64,000 nucleotides of DNA from an uncultured delta proteobacterium (GTDB lineage Bacteria > Desulfobacterota > WTBG01 > CAIYCZ01). The notes under the pieces are model-generated. The model saw only the letters and a list, made by a program, of their open reading frames with translations. It was not told the DNA's origin and did no database searches. Shown here one piece after another: positions 1 to 10,225 of this stretch (position 1 is the stretch's first letter; each line of letters starts with the position of its first letter). The stretch covers positions 186,385 through 250,384 of the forward strand of contig CAWDOY010000047.1 of NCBI GenBank assembly GCA_963803975.1. Direction: 5' to 3'. A program made the translations under genes and the position numbers.

Positions 1-224
1 CGGATAAACATGGAGCGCACAGAAAAATAAACTGGCAGATCCGGCCGGATAAAGACGATGCGCAGCAGTTTGTCCGTGCTGAACACCTCGCCGTTTATGT
101 TCATGAGCCCGAGTGCGCGAACCGGGCGCTCCGGGAACGGATGTTTTAATTTCACCGGCTCAAGCATATACCGCTTCCTCAGCTCTTCCTGCACAATAGA
201 ATGTATGTCCATTAAGCTCTTCAT
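1..224 (-). CDS. Hypothetical protein, 5' part only (runs off the window edge)
   Basis: Open frame MKSLMDIHSIVQEELRKRYMLEPVKLKHPF... from ATG at 224 with a GGAGG RBS upstream; no stop before position 1. Confidence 0.6.
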   Translation of the reverse strand, partial: MKSLMDIHSIVQEELRKRYMLEPVKLKHPFPERPVRALGLMNINGEVFSTDKLLRIVFIRPDLPVYFSVRSMFI

Positions 225-270
225 ACAACTAATCCTCCATGTTTAACAAAAAGCTTAAGTTCAGCGAGTG

Positions 271-340
271 CGGGAGTTGAGGAGTTTAGGCGTTGAGAAA
301 CTCCAGCACCCGTAACTCCTTAACTCTGAATCTCACAACT
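271..340. repeat. Degenerate octamer repeat block (YAACTCCY family), in both orientations
   Basis: GGGAGTTG AGGAGTTT AGGCGTTG followed by TAACTCCT TAACTCT; the same unit recurs near 36635, 38954 and 40506. Confidence 0.6.
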
Positions 341-431
341 TTTGTGCATGTCAATCTTGTGAGGAATTAAAATTTTTGTATCCCTTTATTTATATGATAT
401 ATTTTAAGAAAACAAACCGTGCTGTAGAAGA

Positions 432-1358
432 ATGGGAAAACCTGTGGCGCAGTATATCATTGAAGCAGAAGGTCTGACAAAGAAATTTGACGGCTTTACG
501 GCAGTTGACGGAATAAATTTTCATGTCACTGCCGGCGAGTGCTTCGGCATCCTGGGGCCCAACGGTGCCGGAAAAACCACCACGGTGCGCATGGTGTACG
601 GGTTCTCCCCCAAAACCGCCGGAACGCTGAAAGTGTTCGGCCTCGACATTGAGAAGGACTGGCGAAGCATTAAGTCGCGCATCGGCGTATGCCAGCAGGA
701 AAACAGTCTTGACCCGGATCTCTCCGTGGAACAGAACCTGCTGGTATTTGCCCGCTATTTTGATATCCCCTCCGGCAGGGCACGCGAAAAGGCGCAGCAG
801 CTTCTTCAGTTCATCTCCCTTGATAACCGCCGGGGTGCAAAAGTAACCGAGCTTTCCGGCGGCATGATGCGCAGGATGATTCTGGCGCGCTCCCTTATCA
901 ATGACCCCGAGCTTTTAATCCTTGATGAACCCACCACCGGCCTTGACCCCCAGGCCCGCCACCAGCTCTGGCAGCGGCTTGAGGAGCTGAAAGCAGGCGG
1001 CCTCACCATTTTACTGACCACCCACTACATGGATGAGGCCTCCCGGCTCTGTGACCGGCTGGTAATCATGCACCAGGGGAAAATCCTTGTTGAAGGAAAG
1101 CCCGCTGATTTAATCCGGGAACATGTCGGCCACAATGTCATAGAGGTCGATGACCCGGCAGAGAACTTAAGGGCATTTGTTAAATCGCAGAGCCTTGAAT
1201 GTGAAGACCTGGGCCACCGCCTGATAATCTATGGCCAGGGCAGAGATGATCTGTTCCATGAAATCGGCGACCGCTTTTGCACGGGAGGCTGCATACTGCG
1301 CATGGCAACCCTTGAGGATGTATTTCTCAAGCTGACCGGAAGGGAGCTTAAGGAATGA
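432..1358 (+). CDS. ABC transporter ATP-binding protein (NodI/DrrA-like)
   Basis: Walker A GPNGAGKTT, signature LSGGM, Walker B LILDEPT, H-loop TTHYM. Confidence 0.93.
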   Translation: MGKPVAQYIIEAEGLTKKFDGFTAVDGINFHVTAGECFGILGPNGAGKTTTVRMVYGFSPKTAGTLKVFGLDIEKDWRSIKSRIGVCQQENSLDPDLSVEQNLLVFARYFDIPSGRAREKAQQLLQFISLDNRRGAKVTELSGGMMRRMILARSLINDPELLILDEPTTGLDPQARHQLWQRLEELKAGGLTILLTTHYMDEASRLCDRLVIMHQGKILVEGKPADLIREHVGHNVIEVDDPAENLRAFVKSQSLECEDLGHRLIIYGQGRDDLFHEIGDRFCTGGCILRMATLEDVFLKLTGRELKE

Positions 1359-2147
1359 ACAACCTGTTATCCGTGAGCATCTCAAAGCGCTTCTGGCGCG
1401 TCTGGCAGCGAAACTTTACCGTGTACCAGAAGATATGGAAAATCAGCTTTATCCCGCCGCTGTTTGAGCCGCTCTTCTATCTGCTTGCCTTTGGCATCGG
1501 CCTGGGCGCCCTGGTAGGTAAAATCTCCTATCATGGCGCGCCGGTTTCCTATATTGCTTTCTTAGCCCCTGCGCTCATTGCAGTAAATATTATGAACAAT
1601 GCCTTCTTTGAAAACACCTACGCATCATTTGTGCGCATGTACCATCAGAAAACCTTTGACGCTATGCTGGCAACCCCGCTGTCAATTGATGAGATCATCA
1701 CCGGCGAGATAATCTGGGGCGCGACAAAATCGGTAATCGCCACCGCTATCATGCTGACCGTAATCAGCCTGTTCGGACTCATTCATTACCCTTCCGGCCT
1801 CCTGATACTACCGCTTGCCTTTCTCGGCGGCATCGCCTTTGGCGCCATCGGCATGTATTTCACCGGCATCACACCGACCATTGATATGTTTAACCTGCCG
1901 ATATTTCTTTTTGTCACACCCATGTTTCTTTTCAGCGGAACATTTTTCCCGGCTGAAAATCTGCCCGCATGGGCGCAGGCCATGGCCCTTATCTTCCCGC
2001 TCACCCACCTGGTCACGCTGGTGCGCGCGCTCAGCCTCGGGTCGATTACTGCTCATCTGCTGTGGAGCGTTATGTACCTTGTTATCTTCTGCCTGGTCTT
2101 CTTCCCGCTCGCCCTCATAAAAATGCGCCGGACGACTTATCAAGTAA
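1355..2147 (+). CDS. ABC-2 type permease (NodJ-like); indel near the 3' end
   Basis: Multi-TM protein with EPLFYLLAFGIGLG, YIAFLAP and FSGTFFP; ATGA overlap with the ATPase. Removing one base near 2130 gives the ending MRRRLIK* at 2147 (ORF track runs to 2209). Confidence 0.88.
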
Positions 2148-2364
2148 TAGCCCATAATATTTATATGTTCCGGCTATTGCCTGTACCTGAAACCCACCAC
2201 CTTGTCTAAAATTGAAGACATCACATAACTACCTCACAACTCCTCACATTTTCTTTTTTCAATAATTTCCCTGAAGCAAAACAAAACTGCTCACTTCCTG
2301 CCGATGAAATCTTTAAAACAAAAATAGCAAACCAATTCAGCCGGTTAATTCATAGCGGCAATAC

Positions 2365-2380
2365 TGGCACAGGACTTGCG
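2365..2380 (+). promoter_or_regulatory. Sigma-54 (-24/-12) promoter
   Basis: TGGCACAGGACTTGCG, GG-N10-GC, about 115 bp upstream of the ORF at 2494. Confidence 0.7.
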
Positions 2381-2493
2381 ATAGTGCTTCAGCAAATAAC
2401 GCGCGTTACACAAAGAGCATCCCGGACAAACAGGTTTTAAAGTCGGGAATAACAAACACAGGCAAACACAACAAATCAGAGGAGGAAAAGACC

Positions 2494-2808
2494 ATGTTAA
2501 AAAGATTCTTGAGCATCTCATTACTGCTGGCAGTTATTGCCGCGTTCACCATCCCGGCATTTGCCGAAGAAACACCTGCAGCGGCGCCGGCTCCTGAAAA
2601 ACAGGTCGCTGCCGAGAAAAGCATAGTAAAAGGCACAATAGAAGCGCTGGATACCAAAGAGAAGAAAATCACCATTGACGGAACCGTCTATACCCTTGGC
2701 CGCCGGGCTGCCAAAGCTGACGTTAAAGTTGGCGATGTGGTGGAAGCAACGGTAAAGGATGGCAAGGTGAAGTCAATTGCCAAGGCACCGGCAACGGCTA
2801 AAGAGTGA
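2494..2808 (+). CDS. Small exported protein, OB-fold/DUF5666-like
   Basis: GAGGAGG RBS; signal peptide ending PAFA; KGTIEALD...KITIDG...VKVGDVVEATV beta-barrel pattern. Confidence 0.7.
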   Translation: MLKRFLSISLLLAVIAAFTIPAFAEETPAAAPAPEKQVAAEKSIVKGTIEALDTKEKKITIDGTVYTLGRRAAKADVKVGDVVEATVKDGKVKSIAKAPATAKE

Positions 2809-2828
2809 GTATGCTGTCATGTAAAAGA

Positions 2829-2862
2829 TTCCCCTCGCAGGAAGAACCCTGCGGGGGGTGAA
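2829..2862 (+). terminator. GC-rich hairpin after the exported protein gene
   Basis: CCCCTCGCAGG...CCTGCGGGGG inverted repeat; no clear U-tract. Confidence 0.4.
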
Positions 2863-3076
2863 CAAATGCTGCACCGGCAGTTCGCACAAAAACATCTGAT
2901 AGTCGGTGGCAGATACAACAATAAACCAGGGGAGAATGAGCCATGCGGTCAACACATATAAAACCGGATGAAATAATCTCATTGCTTAAACACCGTCGTC
3001 TGTTGCTGCTGGCATGCTTTCTCAGATTAATAAAAGTGCGTTATACGGTAGAACAAGCGAAAGGAGGTGAGATACG

Positions 3077-3304
3077 ATGAAAAATATTCTGTCAATACTC
3101 GTGGCCATGCTGTTTGCATGCTCCCTGTCAGGCGTGAGTTTCGCGACCGAACCGGCAGCTCCCGTACCGGAACAGCCTAAGATTGAGGAAAAAGCTCCGG
3201 CTGTTGATGAAGTAAAGGAGGCGGTGGAAAAAAAGGTCGAGCAAAAAGTGGAGCAGGCGACTGAAACAAAGCAGGAAGCCGAGCAGGTCCCGGCTGCCAA
3301 GTAA
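3077..3304 (+). CDS. Small exported low-complexity (E/K/A/P/Q-rich) protein
   Basis: AAGGAGGTGA RBS; signal peptide ending VSFA; charged, probably disordered mature part. Confidence 0.75.
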   Translation: MKNILSILVAMLFACSLSGVSFATEPAAPVPEQPKIEEKAPAVDEVKEAVEKKVEQKVEQATETKQEAEQVPAAK

Positions 3305-3332
3305 TCGCTTTGCCTTTCAGGATACGGTTAGT

Positions 3333-3382
3333 ACCAGAGGCACTGGATGGTATACCCAGTGCCTCTGGTTTTATTTTATTTC
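3333..3382 (+). terminator. Rho-independent terminator between convergent genes
   Basis: Perfect 14-bp stem ACCAGAGGCACTGG/CCAGTGCCTCTGGT followed by TTTATTTTATTT. Confidence 0.85.
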
Positions 3383-3397
3383 ATGGCAGGTTATGCG

Positions 3398-3604
3398 TTA
3401 TGCACCAGCCTTCTTGCCTTCTTTTGCTTTTTTTTCTTTACCCTTGGTAATTGCCGTGTTAGGGCACACCCGTGCGCAGGCACCGCACTCAACGCAGGTG
3501 TCGGTAATTTTATAGTACCAGTCATATTCAACTATAGATTTGGTGGGGCAGATCTCCCAGCAGGTCCCGCAGATAACACAGTCTTCAGTTATAAAGTAAG
3601 CCAT
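3398..3604 (-). CDS. 2x[4Fe-4S] ferredoxin with Lys-rich tail
   Basis: CVICGTCWEICP and CVECGACARVCP motifs; AAGGAG RBS. Confidence 0.92.
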   Translation of the reverse strand: MAYFITEDCVICGTCWEICPTKSIVEYDWYYKITDTCVECGACARVCPNTAITKGKEKKAKEGKKAGA

Positions 3605-3619
3605 ACGCTTCTCCTTTCA

Positions 3620-4306
3620 TTAATCCAGGACATGACCGCTTGATATGTTTTCAATGTTCTCAACTATGAGCGGCAGCAGGTCATAGTGAATATTACAGAA
3701 CATTTCTCCGGGCTCAAGATGCATGAGGAACCGTGACGGCGGATCTCCAAGGGTATGGGACATGGTCTTTGCTTTGTGGACAACGGGAAATGACTGGGTA
3801 CACCAGGCAGTTCCCTGGAGTCCGTGCACCAGCTCGCCGGTCTTCCATGTATACACTTTGCACAAACGCATAATGCGGTTGGCATCCGCCACGATCATAA
3901 CCTGGTCGGGATTTTCAACGTCTTCCAGTTTCCCGATTATGAGGTACTTGTAATGTTTATAATGGTGGGGTATCTGCTGGTTAACCCTTCGCATTACCTG
4001 CCGGTCGGCATAGGCTTTATTCTTGCCGAGCGATGTTGACATGCCGGCATCAAAATCTTCTTTCGTCATTTTCTTATTCCCGATTCCTGCGTATACGGCA
4101 CCGCCGCACAATACATTCTTATTGGTGATATAGAAACTCTTCCGTCCCTCCCAGATTTCCGCAACAATGGCACACATAAATGAAACATCATCGCCATAGT
4201 ATTCAAACCCTGCCGGAACCTCATCACACAGCTTGAAGGCTATGATATCCCGCTCATATCCTTCGAGCTCTTTTAACTTTTTCGCGTACTCCTTGTTTTT
4301 ACTCAT
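3620..4306 (-). CDS. DUF169 family protein
   Basis: IAFKL...C...GRKSFYITNKNVLCGG, PDQVMIV...MRL, C, LGDPPSR...GEM pattern; AGGAGG RBS. Confidence 0.75.
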   Translation of the reverse strand: MSKNKEYAKKLKELEGYERDIIAFKLCDEVPAGFEYYGDDVSFMCAIVAEIWEGRKSFYITNKNVLCGGAVYAGIGNKKMTKEDFDAGMSTSLGKNKAYADRQVMRRVNQQIPHHYKHYKYLIIGKLEDVENPDQVMIVADANRIMRLCKVYTWKTGELVHGLQGTAWCTQSFPVVHKAKTMSHTLGDPPSRFLMHLEPGEMFCNIHYDLLPLIVENIENISSGHVLD

Positions 4307-4825
4307 TGATTCCTCCTGAAAGTAGGTAATGTAGAACCGGTTATTGACCGCATCATCCCTCGTGGTAGAATATTTTTTCTCTTTTATGTTAATAGTATAT
4401 TACCTGATACCGTGCAATAAAAATATTTTTCACTTATGAGCACCGGTGCGTTATCCATTTCGCTCTATTATAAAAATATTTTTTATCCATTTCACATGGT
4501 TGAAGATAATCCCTGTGATTGAAAAGAGAAAAACAGTATAGCCATCTAATTTTACTGCCATAAAATTACTTCACCGCAATCATGCACCATCCGCTTATAA
4601 AATGTATCGCTAATTTTGATTTTTAAAAACTGCTTCTCTATCAGAATGCCTTTCATTTTTTTTATTTAAAAATATCTCTTGACTTGATATTGCAATCTAT
4701 CTATTTATGGAACGCATTCAAAAAGAAAATTTTGCAAAAAAACTAAGGCGACCAGCTTCTCTGTTCCTCTCTTTCTTTTTTATACTAAAAGAATTGTCAG
4801 CATCATAGCCAGCGGCACTGAAGCG

Positions 4826-5916
4826 TTGCAGACTACTGTTCCATACATGTTAACATCTTGCGCTGATTCGTCACGTATGCAAACCGTTCAGGAACAACTG
4901 CTCGAAACCATAGACTACTTTCCCACGCTGTGCCTGAGCCAGTATTTAAAAAAGATATACCAGCAGGCAAAAAAAATATCTTCCCGGGGGAATGCACCTA
5001 TCCTCATCACCGGCGAAAAGGGAACCGGCAAGGAATTTCTCGCCAAGAACATCCATTATATATCCTCTTCGCTCCAGCACCCTTTTTTCATTATGAACTG
5101 CTCCCACCTGGCACTTGATCATTTTGAAAAAAAGCTGGAGCAGTACCTTTCCGCACTGCCCCATACGCCTGATGCTGCAATCCTCATCAGGAAGCAGCCC
5201 GCTGAAAAATGGGCGGAACCATATTTCTGCGCGATGTGGGCAAGCTGGATAGTCACATTCAGGGTAAAGTATTCGATGTGCTAAAAGAAAACTGCGGCAG
5301 AGCGCTGCGCTCATCAGCGTCTTCCCATCCATCCATTCATCTCATTTTCTCCTTTTGCCAGAATAGTGAAAAGCCGGAGGAGAATGCCCCGTGCAAAGAA
5401 TCCCTGCAGAACATATTCCGCCCGGACACGCTCAATCTTATACCGCTGCGCGAGCGATTGGAGGATATGCAGCCCCTTGCTTCATTTTTTATTGACCGGT
5501 TCAGCAAAGAGTATGGGAAGGACATCGGCGGGATACACAGCGAAGCGCTCGGTCTGCTGAAATCCTATGCATGGCCCTGCAATGTAAGCGAGCTGAAAAA
5601 TGTCATGGAGAACGCGGTGCTGCTTGCGCAGGGCCCCCTGATAACAAAAAATGACATCCGCTTCAACATTTCCAAAAAGTCAATCACCCTGGAAAGCTTT
5701 TTCAGCCAGGAAGATTTTTTTGCCCTGGAAGAAATAGAGCGCATCTACATCCAGACGGTTTTGCGCAGAGTAAAGAACAATAAGAGTAAAGCGGCAAAAA
5801 TTCTGGGCATTACCCGGAATACCCTGCAGAATCGCGTTGACTCGTTCACCAAACCTGCTGCAAAAAGCAAGGCCGGGAAAAAATCACACCAGCAAACACT
5901 TCCGTTTCCCGGCTAG
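4826..5916 (+). CDS. NtrC/Fis-family AAA+ regulator, degenerate (indel near 5200)
   Basis: PILITGEKGTGKEFLA, GGTIFLRDV, PLRERLEDM, YAWPCNVSELKNVME, and C-terminal Fis HTH NKSKAAKILGITRNTL; split over two ORFs; start uncertain. Confidence 0.8.
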
Positions 5917-7581
5917 CCCGTGCGCAGTGCTTTCCGGTATTCCTGCCACAAAGCTTCCCTGTCGATACCGTGGTCAATAAAATCCCACGGCAGAGTCTCG
6001 GAAAAATCCCTGGTGCGATAGACATAGAAATCAGGATTGAGCGGCACTTCTTTTAATACGCTGCTCCAGGTATTTCCTGTTTCCAGAGCCCGGATAAGAA
6101 ATGCGCTGACACGCCGGTCCCCGCGGCTCAGGAGCGCCTGGAGGTACCCCCATTTGGGAATCTCATGGGTAACAGTAACCTTTTTCTCTTTTCTGAGTCC
6201 CCTGCTGATAATTGTCAAGCGCTGTTTGAGCTCGGCGCGGTCGGCAAAGGGGTGCCACTGAAACGGCGTGCATGGCTTGGGGACAAAAATGCCGACAGAA
6301 AGCGTTATCTGATTCAGCCACTTCTCTGCGCGCGCCTCTTTAAAATAGGTATGCTTAACGCGCCGCGTCAGGTCCGCGATTGCCTCTATGTCGTCTTTAT
6401 CCTCGGTCGGAAGCCCGATCATAAAATAGAGCTTTATGTATTGAACTCGAGAGCGCGCCAGCATCTCCACTGCGCTGAACAGCTGCGCATTGCTCAGATC
6501 CTTGGCTAGTACCCGCCGCAGCCGTTCACTCCCGGTCTCAGGAGCTATGGTAAAGGTCTTATGCCCGCTTTCTGTCAGCTGGCGCACCAGGGAATCAGTG
6601 AGGGCATCACCGCGCATAGATGAAATCGAGACCGATCCCCCGCGCTCAGCGATAGAGCGCATCAACAGCTCTATATCCGGGTGATCAGCCACTGCAGCCC
6701 CCAGCAGGCCAATCTTTTGTGCCGCGACCGGGCCTGCCAGCAGTTCCTGCTGTAAGGTGTCGGCGCTTCTGATGCGATACGGCCGGTAGACATGGCCTGC
6801 CGCGCAGAACCGGCAGCGCCGTGGACAGCCCCTGCTCACCTCGATGAGCGTCATGTTGCTGAATTCGGTGCCGGGCGTAGTCAGGCAGGAACAGGCGCTC
6901 ACCTGATTCAGGTCTTTCACCCATCTGCGCCGTATGCGCGCAGGAAATCCCTTCTCCGGAGAAAACGCTTTAATCGTTCCGTTGTCATGGTAGGTGACCT
7001 GATAGGCCGAGGGGATATACACGCCGTCAATGCCGGCAAATTTTTTCAGCGCCGGCTTTATCCAGCGCGTTCCGCTGCGCTCTTCCCGCAGCACCGTGAG
7101 CACCTCTTCGAGCACTTCTTCTGCCTCACCGATAACAATCAGGTCAAAAATGTCTGCCAGCGGTTCGGGGTTCAAAAACAGAGCAACGCCGCCGCCGATA
7201 ATTAACGGGGCATAGCTGTCGCGCTCCCGCTGCAGCGGTGCTATGCGCCCCTGCCTGAGCATGGTGAGGATATTGAGGTAATCAAGTTCAAAGGAGACCG
7301 AAAAGGCAATCACCGGGAAGGAATTGAGGGGCTGATGTGACTCAAGGGAGGAAAGCGGTGTGCGGTTTTGTTCCGCTGCGATGCTTCTATCCGGCAGAAA
7401 TACCCGTTCGCATACTACATCTGCGGCACGGTTGAGCTGCCGGTAGACGAACTGGAAGCCCAGGTTGGACATGCCGACATAAGTAGGTATTGGGAAAGGC
7501 CAGTGCAATTTTAAGCCTGCCGCCACCTGCCTTATGGACGGCGCCCGATTCTTCAGCCGGACCGGAAAGTGCTTTTTTCAA
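5913..7581 (-). CDS. B12-binding radical SAM protein (indel near the N-terminus)
   Basis: CxxxCxxC in SRGCPRRCRFC, GMSNLG, TIAPETGSERLR, YFMIGLPTE; N-terminus MKKALS...IALAFPNTY lies in the 7387..7581 frame. Confidence 0.88.
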
Positions 7582-7641
7582 TGACGCAGTAGCGATCCTC
7601 CCTGCAGGTAGTTTATGCCGGCATGGTCTGTTGCCAGCGCC

Positions 7642-8815
7642 TTATTTATAATCAGCCTGATTGCGGATAAACGTGGGGATATCATACGCGCCGTCATCGG
7701 CAAATTCGCTGATAATAGTCCCCAGCTTGATAACTTTGGCCGGCTCTTTGAACAATGCGCCGCTGAACCCTGCTGCATTCACCACCGGGGCATCACGGGT
7801 TAACCGGTTTGCTGCAAACTCGCTGCCGAACTGTTCTTGTAAAAGCTCGGCGGTGCCGGTCAAAGCCCGTGGCAATGACCGTTATCTGGATCCGGTCGCC
7901 GAGGGAATCATCGATAACAGCACCGAATATAATATTTGAATCTTCATCATCATGGGCTTCCTGCTGAATGAGCGAGACCGCTTCATCCACCTCATGGAGA
8001 GACAGAGAACTGCTGCCGGCAATATTGATGAGCAGGCCCCGCGCACCGCTTATGGAAATGTCTTCCAGGAGCGGGCTGGAGATGGCCTTGCGGGCAGCTT
8101 CCTTGGCGCGGTCCTCGCCGCTTGCAATGCCGATGCCCATGAATGCCATGCCGCGCTCGCTCATGATGGTTTTAACATCGGCAAAATCAAGATTGATGAG
8201 GCCGGGAACGGTCACCAGGTCCGATATGGATTTGAGCCCGTGCAGGAGCACTTCATCAGCCATCTTGAAGCTTTCGACAAAGCTGGTCTGCCGCTCAACC
8301 ACGCTGATGAGCCGCTGATTGGGAATGGCAATCAGGGAATCAACTTTATCAGCAAGTTCCTTTAATCCCTCCTCTGCTATGCGCCTGCGCCTCTTGCCTT
8401 CAAAGTTAAACGGCTTGGTGACGATAGCAACGGTGAGCGCTCCCAGCGCCTTGGCTGCCTCTGCTATGACCGGCGCAGCGCCGGTACCCGTGCCGCCGCC
8501 AAGTCCCGCGGCAATAAAAATCATATCCGCACCCTCAAGGCTCTCGCGGATTTTATCAATGTCCTCCAGGGCTGCATTCTTGCCAATGTGCGGATCAGCA
8601 CCTGCTCCCAGACCTTTGGTCAGCGCTTCTCCCAGCTGCAGCCTGACCGAAGCCTTACTGTTTTTCAGCGCCTGCACATCAGTGTTTGCTGATATAAATT
8701 CAACGCCTTCCAGATTGGAAGCAATCATGGTGTTGATTGCATTACAGCCGCCGCCGCCAACACCAACGACCTTGAGCTTTGCCACCTGACCGGTTTTTTC
8801 TATGAATTCAAACAT
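7642..8815 (-). CDS. ftsZ: Cell division GTPase FtsZ (indel in the C-terminal linker)
   Basis: GVGGGGCNA, GGGTGTG tubulin signature, NLDFAD; conserved tail YDIPTFIRNQAD is in the 7642..7875 frame. Confidence 0.97.
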
Positions 8816-8838
8816 AGGTTACCTCCCCCTTGCAAGTT

Positions 8839-10068
8839 TTATAGTACCTCTTCAAACCATTTTTTAACTTTTTGACCAAGCTTGCTCATCGCATGTTTGC
8901 CGCCGCCTCCCCCATTGACTCCATTTGTTTTTGCGCGGCTGCCGAACAACACCAATCCCACCCCGGTTGCATATATGGGGTTGTTCATAGCGTCGGTTAA
9001 TCCCCCGACTCCCTGCGGGTAGCCAACACGAACCGGCAGATGCAATACCTGCTGCGCCAGTTCCTCGATTCCTTTCAGGAGGGCAGTGCCTCCGGTGATA
9101 ACTGCTCCGGCGGACAGAAATTCCTTAAATCCTGATTTCAAAAGCTCCTTTTGCATGAGCGTCAGCATTTCTTCCATCCGCGGCTGAATAATCTGGCACA
9201 GCATTTTACGGGCAATGGGGCGCGGTTTGTTTTCTCCAATGGTGGGCACGTCGATGGTCTCCTTGCTGTCAACCATCGACATCAGCGCGCACCCGTACTG
9301 CCGTTTTATGTCTTCTGCTGCTGACAGCGGCGAGCGCATACCTATGGCAATGTCTGAGGTGATGTGGTCTCCACCTAAGGGCAGCACCGCGGTGTAGCGA
9401 ATACTGCCCTTGCTGAAAATGGCGATGTCCGTGGTGCCGCCGCCGATATCAATGAGCATCACGCCAAGCTCCTTTTCATCTTCAGTGAGCACTGATTCCC
9501 CTGATGCCAGCGGCTGCAGCACGATATCCTGCACATTAAGCCCGGTACGGTTGGTGCAGCGGATAATATTCTGCGCCGAAGTCACCGAACCGGTCACAAT
9601 ATGCACGCGTGCTTCAAGCCGACCGCCGGAAAGTCCCAGCGGGTCTTTAATCCCATCCTGATCGTCGACGACAAACTCCTGGGGCAGTATATGAATAACT
9701 TCCCGGTCCATGGGAATCACCACTGATTTGGCAGCGTCCATGGCGCGCCGTATATCCCCCTTTTTCACTTCTTTATCTTTAATGGGTATAACACCGTTGC
9801 TGTTAAATCCTTTAATATGGCTGCCGGCAATTCCGGTAACGACGGTTTTAATGTTGAAGCCGACGCTTTTTTCCGCTTCTTCAACCGCCTTTTTTATTGA
9901 TTCCACCGTACTGTCCATGTTGATGATGACGCCTTTTTTAATCCCGCGCGACGGCTGTAATCCGCAACCAATGATAGTGATGCCGTTCTCGCGCACCTCG
10001 CCAACAACAGTGCAGATTTTGGTGGTTCCTATATCAAGACCAACGATGGTCTCGGGATTCTTACTCAT
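8839..10068 (-). CDS. ftsA: Cell division protein FtsA
   Basis: VGLDIGTTKI, IDIGGGTTD, ITGGTALL actin-fold motifs; directly upstream of ftsZ. Confidence 0.97.
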   Translation of the reverse strand: MSKNPETIVGLDIGTTKICTVVGEVRENGITIIGCGLQPSRGIKKGVIINMDSTVESIKKAVEEAEKSVGFNIKTVVTGIAGSHIKGFNSNGVIPIKDKEVKKGDIRRAMDAAKSVVIPMDREVIHILPQEFVVDDQDGIKDPLGLSGGRLEARVHIVTGSVTSAQNIIRCTNRTGLNVQDIVLQPLASGESVLTEDEKELGVMLIDIGGGTTDIAIFSKGSIRYTAVLPLGGDHITSDIAIGMRSPLSAAEDIKRQYGCALMSMVDSKETIDVPTIGENKPRPIARKMLCQIIQPRMEEMLTLMQKELLKSGFKEFLSAGAVITGGTALLKGIEELAQQVLHLPVRVGYPQGVGGLTDAMNNPIYATGVGLVLFGSRAKTNGVNGGGGGKHAMSKLGQKVKKWFEEVL

Positions 10069-10138
10069 GGGAACTCCTCCGGTATAAACTCTTATCTGCT
10101 ACGAGGCAGTTCTTGGTATCTGATAATTGTGGAAAGCT

Positions 10139-10185
10139 ATACCACAAATAGTAGGAAAATTTCCAATAAATACTATATATAGTAA
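10139..10185. promoter_or_regulatory. Tandem NrdR-box-like sites upstream of ftsA
   Basis: ATACCACAAATAGTAG (10139-10154) and ATACTATATATAGTAA (10170-10185), 31 bp apart; the second overlaps a minus-strand TTGAAA-N16-TAGTAT promoter candidate. Confidence 0.6.
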
Positions 10186-10225
10186 AATTATTTTCAAGCC
10201 CTTTGTCACGCCGGGCATTTTATGA

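Noticed and set aside
2280..2310. GCCGATGA as a sigma-28 promoter
   Set aside because: No TAAA at the right spacing, and the sigma-54 site downstream is a far better match.
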